Below are positions 25,076 to 32,000 of a stretch of 32,000 nt of DNA, piece after piece. The DNA lies in the NCBI GenBank assembly GCA_963663995.1, contig OY760660.1, positions 870,001 to 902,000 of the forward strand. The letters run 5' to 3'. The DNA is from Erysipelotrichaceae bacterium. GTDB lineage: Bacteria > Bacillota_I > Bacilli_A > Erysipelotrichales > Erysipelotrichaceae. The first letter of the stretch is position 1. Each line of letters begins with the position of its first letter. The notes under the pieces were generated by a model. It was not told the DNA's origin. It did no database searches and saw only the letters and a program-made list of their open reading frames with translations. Made by a program: the position numbers and the translations under genes.

Positions 25076-26803
25076 TCACTTATATTGAGTCAAAAATTTA
25101 TTGTTTAAATCATAAATATGATCACAACTATCTAATGAATCAACTCTGTGTGATACAACAATGATTGTCTTATGACCTTTTAATGAATTCAAAACATCTA
25201 AGATTTCTTTCTCTGTTTTATAGTCTAAAGCACTTGTAGCTTCATCAAAAATCAAGATATCTCGATTCATGTATAGAGCTCTTGCGATTCCTAAACGTTG
25301 TCTTTGTCCACCACTAAGTGAAAGACCTCTCTCTCCTACAATAGTTTCTAACTTATTAGGTAATTCCTTTTCAACCAAATCTAACAAAGAAACTTGTGAC
25401 AGTACATTTTTTATTTTAGTTTCATCAATTTCTGTTTTGTCATAACCTAATGCAATATTTTCTTTAATCGATGCATTTAAGATATATGTCTCTTGCGGTA
25501 TATACGCAAAAAGATTACTAGAAAGATTTAAATCTTTATGAGATACCAATTGATGATCAATTAATATTTGACCATCATTTGGTTGGTATAAGTTTAACAA
25601 TAAGTCTAATAGTGTTGTTTTTCCACTACCTGATGGTCCAAAAATTCCAATCATTTCATTTTTATGTATTTTAAGACTTAGATTTTCAAAAACAACATCA
25701 TTTCGATTCTTATAATTAAATGAAATATTCTTAAATTCGATATCATTATTAAAATGAATTTCATTCCCTTGTGTTTTAACAACTGTCTTAAATTCCAAAA
25801 TTTCTTCGAATTGCTTGAACACATCAATACTGGTTGAAAAACTATGTATCGCTGCATTTATTTTTAAAATAGAAGGCATCATTCGATAGATAGAGATCAA
25901 ATATAGACCTAATAATGGAATAATCGATTTAATATCCATTCCAAATAAACTCGCAAAAAATAGGATACCAATCACAAGTGTAAATACTGAAAGTTCAATA
26001 ATACTCTTTGGTAATTCAAAAACGATGGAATTTTTTATGTTTACTGCCTTAAAATGCTCAGAACTCATAGAAAAATTATTTAAAAAATAATGTTCTGTAT
26101 TTGTAACTCTTATTAACTTCATATTTGAAATAATATCATTCACAATTTTAAATCTTTGCCGGTTCTCCATGTTTGTTTCACGTCCAATTTTCCATAGAAT
26201 CCTCGTCGACAAAAATAAAAACAATGCTGCTAAAAGACTTAAGAAAAGAATAAGTATGATTGTTATTGTAGGATTTACAAAAATTAAAACGATTACAAAA
26301 AAAAGCAAAGTCATTATGTGAATAAAGAAATCCATCGTTGCGCCAATATATTGAACACTTATTTGTTGGCTATCCGATAATATGGATTTGCTTAAATCAC
26401 CAGTGTTCTTATTAGATAACATTTCATAAGGTAAATAAAGATACTTTTCTAAATACACTAGTGATAGTTCATGATATAAACGATAAACAAAACGACTTCT
26501 ATAAATAATTGCACCAAAGGATAAAACAGCTGCAATAATTTGTAAAACCAAAACAACAAGACCAATATTTATAATTGCTGACTTTTCAGATGATACTAAA
26601 AACAAGTTTCGTAAAACGATTGAGAATGAATTATTGCTTGTTTCATTCATTAATAAATCAATGTACGGAAAAACAAGCAATGATGAAAATACTGATATTA
26701 ATCCACTCAAAAACCCAATTATTATAACCCAGTTAAATGTTCGATAATCTTCTCTTTTTAAGTAGTTTTTTAAAAACTTAAAAACGATAAATAATTTATG
26801 CAT
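25076..26803 (-). CDS. ABC exporter, fused permease/ATPase (type I exporter, MsbA-like half transporter)
   Basis: Six N-terminal TM helices, Walker A 'GPSGSGKTT', signature 'LSGGQRQR', Walker B 'ILIFDEATSALD' and H-loop 'VSHR'. It overlaps the upstream gene by 8 nt. Confidence 0.88.
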   Translation of the reverse strand: MHKLFIVFKFLKNYLKREDYRTFNWVIIIGFLSGLISVFSSLLVFPYIDLLMNETSNNSFSIVLRNLFLVSSEKSAIINIGLVVLVLQIIAAVLSFGAIIYRSRFVYRLYHELSLVYLEKYLYLPYEMLSNKNTGDLSKSILSDSQQISVQYIGATMDFFIHIMTLLFFVIVLIFVNPTITIILILFLSLLAALFLFLSTRILWKIGRETNMENRQRFKIVNDIISNMKLIRVTNTEHYFLNNFSMSSEHFKAVNIKNSIVFELPKSIIELSVFTLVIGILFFASLFGMDIKSIIPLLGLYLISIYRMMPSILKINAAIHSFSTSIDVFKQFEEILEFKTVVKTQGNEIHFNNDIEFKNISFNYKNRNDVVFENLSLKIHKNEMIGIFGPSGSGKTTLLDLLLNLYQPNDGQILIDHQLVSHKDLNLSSNLFAYIPQETYILNASIKENIALGYDKTEIDETKIKNVLSQVSLLDLVEKELPNKLETIVGERGLSLSGGQRQRLGIARALYMNRDILIFDEATSALDYKTEKEILDVLNSLKGHKTIIVVSHRVDSLDSCDHIYDLNNKFLTQYK

Positions 26804-27836
26804 TTAGTACCTTTTCAATATGATAAGCAACATCACTTGCATTATCTGTTATAAACTCTCCGTGATAACAATCAATTTCAATAAGTTCTATACTTGAAAC
26901 ATGCTCTTTTATATAGGTATAACTTTTATAATTATTTTCCCTTAAGGCTAGATAATATTGAATTGAAAAATCATAAGATCTTCTTATCATTTTAGGAATA
27001 TAGCTAGCAATAATTGTTTTTACTTCTCGAGGAGTGAAATCTCTAGAGTTGTTGCTAATCTTTTCATTAATACTTCTAATTCTATTTCTCTTGTGGACAT
27101 GACGAATTGGTGAATTTACATAAAGAGTGTTAAGTTTAGATCCAAATAGTTTGACTAATCTTCCTAAATCCTTTCCTTTGCTTTGTTTAACAAACAAGTT
27201 ATACCCTTTTTTAAAGTCTAAATATTTATAATTATCTTTTCTAACAAACACTGTATCAAATAAAGCACAGAGTTTAATATCTCTATTTTTTTGATAAAGT
27301 TTATTTGAAATTTCTAAAGCCATTTGACCACCCATACTTAATCCTGCAAAAAAATATGGACCATTTGGATTAATTAATTCTATCTCTTGAATATAATCAT
27401 CAAGAATTTGATCCCAAGTAAGAGGAAATTCCCAATGTGACTCTTTGAAGTTAAAAACCAAGGTATAGATATCTCTATCTGTATTAATCGTATTGGCTAA
27501 TTGAAGATAAGTGATTGCTGTCCCATCTGGGTCATGACAAAAGATCAATGGTTCTTTATTAGATGTACCCTTCTTCAATAAAACTAGAAATTTAAGCTCA
27601 TTATTTTGAGGTTGCAGTTTAGCTTGAATAAAGTCAGCCTGCGATTCAACCGTTAGATATGGGAAAATTTCTTGCATGGGAAAATCTAAGTCAAAGATGA
27701 TTGAAATATCACTTATGACCTCTCCCAACTTAAGCGAATCACCACCAAGCGCAAAAAAATTATCAGTATTTTTAAAGTTACTTTTTTTTAATACATCTTT
27801 CCAAATATCAAATATCTTTAATTCAACTTCATTCAT
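26796..27836 (-). CDS. Carrier protein (PCP/ACP-like) fused to a thioesterase (alpha/beta-hydrolase) domain
   Basis: The N-terminal 'DNFFALGGDSLKLGEV' is the phosphopantetheine attachment motif (DxFFxLGGDSL). The downstream part has 'PLIFCHDPDGTAITY', the nucleophile elbow 'GLSMGG' (GxSxG) and a C-terminal 'CYHGEF' (catalytic His region). The start codon abuts the stop of the adenylating-enzyme gene. Confidence 0.8.
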   Translation of the reverse strand: MNEVELKIFDIWKDVLKKSNFKNTDNFFALGGDSLKLGEVISDISIIFDLDFPMQEIFPYLTVESQADFIQAKLQPQNNELKFLVLLKKGTSNKEPLIFCHDPDGTAITYLQLANTINTDRDIYTLVFNFKESHWEFPLTWDQILDDYIQEIELINPNGPYFFAGLSMGGQMALEISNKLYQKNRDIKLCALFDTVFVRKDNYKYLDFKKGYNLFVKQSKGKDLGRLVKLFGSKLNTLYVNSPIRHVHKRNRIRSINEKISNNSRDFTPREVKTIIASYIPKMIRRSYDFSIQYYLALRENNYKSYTYIKEHVSSIELIEIDCYHGEFITDNASDVAYHIEKVLNA

Positions 27837-29303
27837 TTATATTTCCTCAAATGTAATATCGATAGTACTTAAATATTGAAATAATTTATTTCTTTGTATT
27901 TTGGCTGATTCAGATTTAGGTAAACTCTTTACTTGATATAATCTTGTAGGTAGTTTGTAAGCTCGTATGTCTTTATTCATTAATAATTTTCTGATTTCAT
28001 AAATAGATATTTTCTCATCATTGCACGTTACAATAGCCACAGCGACATGTTCATGTTTATTATCTTTTAAATAAGGGAAAACCACAACTTCTCTCAATCT
28101 TTTATCTAATAAAAGTATTTTTTCAAGTTCATATGGAGATATTTTTTCGCCACCTTTATTAATAACTTCTTTCTTTCGACCAGTAATATACAAGTAACCA
28201 TCTTTTAAATAACCTAAGTCACCTGTTTTGAACCATCCATCATCGAAATATTCAGAATTATCAATGCCTTCATAACCATCAAAGACAGACTCGTGTTTAA
28301 CTTGTATTTCATCATCAACGATTCTAATCTGATGCAACATAGGTTGACCAACTGAATCTTGAATGTAACCTTTAGGTGAATCAATATTTGAGCAAATCGT
28401 TGTTGTCTCGGTTGCACCATATGTATGAATGATATGTGATTTATTAAATATTCTTTGGCATTGTTTATAAAGATCTTCTGATAAATATGAACCTAAAATG
28501 AGTAAATATTTGGGTTGTTTATCTAAAGTTAATTGGTGCTTATCAATAAAATTGAGCAAACCCATTAAATTAGAAGGTGCAATTCTAAAATCAGTTGGTT
28601 CCTTTTGTTGTAGCATCTTATAGATTAAATTGAAGTTAACACCATTACTAAAATAAGAAGTTGCTCCGACATAAATCATATTTAAGAACGTTTTCGAAGT
28701 ATTTGTACGAATCAACTGTGCAACTTGTAAACGTGAACGACTAGCATCATAACGAAATGAACTGACAAGCGTTTGATAGCGAGTGATGAGTTTATCAAAT
28801 GAATATGGAATCACTTTGTAATTAGAAGTTGTCCCTGAACTTTCAGCAACCATCGCAATATTACTTCCATTTTCAAATACTTTAGTTTTCTCAATTTTCG
28901 TTAGTTCAACTGAACTTATAGAAAATTTATTATAAATAATAAAATTTAATTTTTCATTTACCTTACTTAGTAGTCTATAGTAATGATCATTCGTTAAAAT
29001 ATAATCGATTTTGAAATGTTTGATTTTATCAATATTTACTTCGATAGAATCATTGATGGTAAATTGGATGCTACACCAATGATCAACTAAAGGTGCCGCA
29101 ACAAAAGGAATAAGTAAAGCATCTTCAGCAAGTACTGCTATACGAGCACGTCGAGGAATTAGCAACTCATTCATTTTTTCTACAAACAAATCATAAAACT
29201 GTGCAAGTTGCTCAAATGTGTATGCATCATCTAAACCAACCCCTAAGGCAATATGATTTTCTCTTTTTTTAATATGATCTTCAATAATTTCTCTAAAGGT
29301 CAT
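27837..29303 (-). CDS. Stand-alone adenylate-forming enzyme (ANL superfamily; A-domain / acyl-AMP ligase)
   Basis: Core motifs are 'SGTTSNYK' (A3), 'YGATETT' (A5), 'WFKTGDLGY' (A7), 'GRKKEVINKGGEKISPYELE' (A8) and a C-terminal 'LPKSESAKIQR' (A10 Lys). It overlaps the TAXI gene as ATGA. Confidence 0.85.
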   Translation of the reverse strand: MTFREIIEDHIKKRENHIALGVGLDDAYTFEQLAQFYDLFVEKMNELLIPRRARIAVLAEDALLIPFVAAPLVDHWCSIQFTINDSIEVNIDKIKHFKIDYILTNDHYYRLLSKVNEKLNFIIYNKFSISSVELTKIEKTKVFENGSNIAMVAESSGTTSNYKVIPYSFDKLITRYQTLVSSFRYDASRSRLQVAQLIRTNTSKTFLNMIYVGATSYFSNGVNFNLIYKMLQQKEPTDFRIAPSNLMGLLNFIDKHQLTLDKQPKYLLILGSYLSEDLYKQCQRIFNKSHIIHTYGATETTTICSNIDSPKGYIQDSVGQPMLHQIRIVDDEIQVKHESVFDGYEGIDNSEYFDDGWFKTGDLGYLKDGYLYITGRKKEVINKGGEKISPYELEKILLLDKRLREVVVFPYLKDNKHEHVAVAIVTCNDEKISIYEIRKLLMNKDIRAYKLPTRLYQVKSLPKSESAKIQRNKLFQYLSTIDITFEEI

Positions 29304-30283
29304 TCACTTAATACTCCAGCATCCATGTAAGCTCTTTTAGCCCCTTCTGAAAACGGAATAAGCTGTCCTTTTAATAAATCTTCTAGATTGTTGCTTTCAA
29401 TAGATGGAAGCACTTGTTTCATATAATCAAAATGTTCAATTATAGCTGTTACAATATTGTAAATAAGATCTTGATCTGCATGTGAATGAGATAATAACAC
29501 TGTATAAGTCTCAAAAGCACTGATATCAGTTGAAATAAAACTATAAGTATCACTTGATATTATTTTGGGGGAATATCCAGCTTTTGCAGCATATGTTTCT
29601 AATTTTTCAATATCAAAACTTAAAAGTGTCATATCACCTGAAGCAAATGTTTGAGAAATCAATGCACCTGGAACAGATGTGCTTAAAATATATCCATCTA
29701 AACTACCATCATTTAACATTTCTGCAATTTCACCTTGGTCAATATTTAATAACTCAACACCTTGATTTACTAAATCTTCTTCAGTCATATCATATGCTAA
29801 TAATGCTTGTTGCAAAAAAACTTGTGTTGCTCCGTCAGAATAGCGAATTTTCATGTTTTGATAATTATGTATAAATTCTTCAAAAGTAGTAATTCCTAAA
29901 TCAGATCTTAGAGCCAAATGAATAACGGATGAGTTGAATCCAGCTACAAAATTCAAATTTTCAAGTTTTTCATAATCAAACAAACCTTCGTTGTAATAAA
30001 CAGCTGTATTACTATTTGTGATTGCTAAATCTGCTTCTGCTTGTTCTAATCTAACTGGATTCCCTTTTGGTGATCCTAGTTCAATTTGAGTGACTGATCC
30101 AGGGAACTCATTTTCAATAGCACCCGCTATTGCATTCGCGAGCACAGCATAAGCTGTACCACCTGATCCTTCAATTAATGATAATTGCAGGGGTTCTACG
30201 ATCTTTTCCTCACTAACAGAACTTGAACATGCGCCTAAAAAGGTTAATAAAAAAACAATAAAGAATACTTTGATTTTATTCAT
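29300..30283 (-). CDS. TAXI-family TRAP transporter solute receptor, lipoprotein
   Basis: Signal peptide with lipobox 'FLGAC'. 'GSGGTAYAVLANAIAGAI...RLEQAEADLAITNSNTAVYY' matches the TAXI signature (GGTGG..Y..g.a.a......GEADlai.qsd.a.ya). It overlaps the permease gene as ATGA. Confidence 0.8.
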   Translation of the reverse strand: MNKIKVFFIVFLLTFLGACSSSVSEEKIVEPLQLSLIEGSGGTAYAVLANAIAGAIENEFPGSVTQIELGSPKGNPVRLEQAEADLAITNSNTAVYYNEGLFDYEKLENLNFVAGFNSSVIHLALRSDLGITTFEEFIHNYQNMKIRYSDGATQVFLQQALLAYDMTEEDLVNQGVELLNIDQGEIAEMLNDGSLDGYILSTSVPGALISQTFASGDMTLLSFDIEKLETYAAKAGYSPKIISSDTYSFISTDISAFETYTVLLSHSHADQDLIYNIVTAIIEHFDYMKQVLPSIESNNLEDLLKGQLIPFSEGAKRAYMDAGVLSE

Positions 30284-31992
30284 ATTAGAATCTCCTTTTT
30301 CTTTAATGAATATAAATAAATAATAATGAATAAACTGATTAATATAAAATAATAATTTGTCGTAAAAAATTGAATAAGTCCAGCACTGAAAACAATACTC
30401 TTTTTCAGAAAAATATATTTCTTATACTGAAACTCTAATGCATAAACGAGTAATATCGTCGCAATGATTAGTTTTGATAGAATAAATAAGAAATCTATCG
30501 AAAAACTAGGGGCTAAAATTGTAGGTTCTAATATGAAAGAAAAAGGAATTAAATACGCTACAAGGCTTAAAAACATCGCTTTAAAGGATACTTTTAAAAA
30601 AGACGCGTCAGCTATACTTGCTGCAGTAAGAGATGTAATGGCAACAGGTGGTGTTATCGAACCTAATGAAGCATAATAGAGAAAAAAGAAGTGGATAGGT
30701 AATAATTCATATCCTCTTTGTAATAAAATGGGTCCAAAGAAAATCGCACTAATAATATAGGTTGTTGGTGTATTTAGTGCTGTTCCAATGAATAAAATAA
30801 TTAAACCAATAACCGCCAAAGCTAAATAGAGATTCATTTGATAAATAAACGAAAAGTAAACCCCAAATTTAGAAACTAAACCCGTTAGATTTATGACACC
30901 AATGAATGTACCAGATGCTGCCATCATCGGTACGATAATCAATGTTCTTTTTATACCTTTAATCAATATTGAAGGTATAGTATTCCATTTAAAATCAGAA
31001 AATATTGTAAAAATAATAATAGTTAAAAGAATAGCCTCAAATGATGACTTCGAAATTGAACGACCACCACTAATTCTAAATACAAAATAGACTATAACGA
31101 CCAAAAAAGGTATTCCATCTTTCAAAATATCAATAAATGAATCCTTATTTTTTTCAATTTTAATATCTGTTTGAATTTTAGTAGCTCTTAAATCAACTGA
31201 AAGAAACAAACTAAAATAAAATAAAAGAGCCGGAATAATTGATGCCATTACGATTATACGATAATCGACTGCTATAAATTCTGACATTAAAAAAGCAACT
31301 GAACCAAGTACAGGTGGAGTAAAAGTACTTGCTGATGAAGCTGTACTTTCTATCGCAGCCGCAAAAACGGGAGAATACCCTTTTTCTATCATCGAAGGAA
31401 TAGTTATTGTTCCGGTTGCTGAAACATTACTTGCTCCACCACCTGTAATCATGCCAAATAAAGCAGAAGCAAGAACAGCTATTTTTCCAAAAGCTGATAT
31501 ACTCGAGTGTACAAAATATTCTAATAATCGAATGATAAATTTATCAAACCCCAAAGATATTAAAAAGGTACTAAACAAAAGAACGAAAACGAGTGTACCC
31601 GTAGCTGTACCCATGGTAACTCCCCAAATTCCATATCGACTAAGGAATAATGAATCAATAAAATCACTTAGCTCAAATCCTAAATGACCAAATCTTCCTG
31701 GAATAAATTGACCTAAAAAAACATACAAAATTGCGATAATATTTAGTGCTGGTAACCACCATCCGCCTTTTATTCTCGCACCTTCATTTATTACAATAAT
31801 CGTTAATAAACCCAATATAATTTGTGACAGAGAAACACTATCAACAAAAACTTCTCGCTCATACGATAGAAATTGAAAGTTTGAACATAAATAGATCGTC
31901 ACAATAATTGAAATAATTGAAAAAAAAATATTTTTATATTTCAATAAATTTTGATTCGATTTTAATTTTGAATTATTGCTGAAAAATATCAT
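30280..31992 (-). CDS. TRAP transporter fused permease (TAXI-type 4TM/12TM fusion)
   Basis: 570 aa and very hydrophobic (more than 14 helices). It lies immediately upstream of, and is coupled to, the TAXI receptor. The start at 31992 is only 8 nt from the window edge, so the 5' region and promoter are not visible. Confidence 0.75.
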   Translation of the reverse strand: MIFFSNNSKLKSNQNLLKYKNIFFSIISIIVTIYLCSNFQFLSYEREVFVDSVSLSQIILGLLTIIVINEGARIKGGWWLPALNIIAILYVFLGQFIPGRFGHLGFELSDFIDSLFLSRYGIWGVTMGTATGTLVFVLLFSTFLISLGFDKFIIRLLEYFVHSSISAFGKIAVLASALFGMITGGGASNVSATGTITIPSMIEKGYSPVFAAAIESTASSASTFTPPVLGSVAFLMSEFIAVDYRIIVMASIIPALLFYFSLFLSVDLRATKIQTDIKIEKNKDSFIDILKDGIPFLVVIVYFVFRISGGRSISKSSFEAILLTIIIFTIFSDFKWNTIPSILIKGIKRTLIIVPMMAASGTFIGVINLTGLVSKFGVYFSFIYQMNLYLALAVIGLIILFIGTALNTPTTYIISAIFFGPILLQRGYELLPIHFFFLYYASLGSITPPVAITSLTAASIADASFLKVSFKAMFLSLVAYLIPFSFILEPTILAPSFSIDFLFILSKLIIATILLVYALEFQYKKYIFLKKSIVFSAGLIQFFTTNYYFILISLFIIIYLYSLKKKEILI

Positions 31993-32000
31993 CGTAAAAT

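Noticed and set aside
27676-28420. ORFs 27676..27879 (+, 67 aa) and 28214..28420 (-, 68 aa, alternative frame of the A-domain gene)
   Set aside because: They overlap the PCP-TE and adenylation genes, whose frames carry complete catalytic motif sets. The small ORFs have none.
29554-31687. Plus-strand ORFs 29554..29874, 30464..30676, 30893..31090 and 31451..31687
   Set aside because: All are antisense to the TAXI receptor and TRAP permease genes, so they are chance ORFs.
1-32000. Search for CRISPR arrays, tRNA/rRNA genes, prophage or toxin-antitoxin/defence modules
   Set aside because: Apart from the stretch occupied by the two insertion sequences, every intergenic gap is under 160 bp and contains no spaced repeats or cloverleaf-like sequences. 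Every large ORF is accounted for by glycan, transport, IS or metabolic functions.

Overview
This is a very AT-rich window from a low-GC Firmicute- or Mollicute-like genome. It uses the standard genetic code: TGA serves as a stop in five ATGA stop/start overlaps. All calls come from hand-read motifs, ORF architecture and gene order, because no database search could be run. The window has three parts. (1) Positions 1-21354 are a cell-surface glycan island built on a divergent promoter at 8599-8756. The minus arm carries rfbF-rfbG-rfbH, the CDP-glucose to CDP-3,6-dideoxyhexose core. In the same translationally coupled operon it also carries a GtrA-type flippase, a DRE-TIM aldolase fusion protein, an acetolactate-synthase-like ThDP enzyme, a short-chain reductase and a frameshifted dehydroquinate-synthase-like gene. 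The plus arm carries a GtrB/CsbB-type polyprenyl-phosphate glycosyltransferase, an extended SDR, a DUF2029/GT87-like GT-C protein and a YfhO-like protein. A third GT-C-like membrane protein, a second GT2 and a Wzx-like flippase follow. Two intact insertion sequences, one IS30 family and one IS3 family, sit side by side in the promoter region between these last genes. (2) Positions 21446-23094 hold an AsnC/Lrp regulator and a class I aminotransferase, which look like a housekeeping pair. (3) Positions 23091-31992 are all on the minus strand. They hold a tightly coupled operon of TAXI-TRAP permease, TAXI lipoprotein receptor, stand-alone adenylating enzyme, carrier-protein/thioesterase didomain and ABC exporter, followed by an LtaS-family membrane sulfatase-fold enzyme. 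The two best candidates for undescribed biology are these. First, a yersiniose-type branched CDP-dideoxy-sugar pathway wired to a three-component extracytoplasmic glycosylation system. Second, the condensation-domain-free import, adenylate, tether, release and export operon next to ltaS. No rRNA, tRNA, CRISPR array or recognisable defence system was seen.
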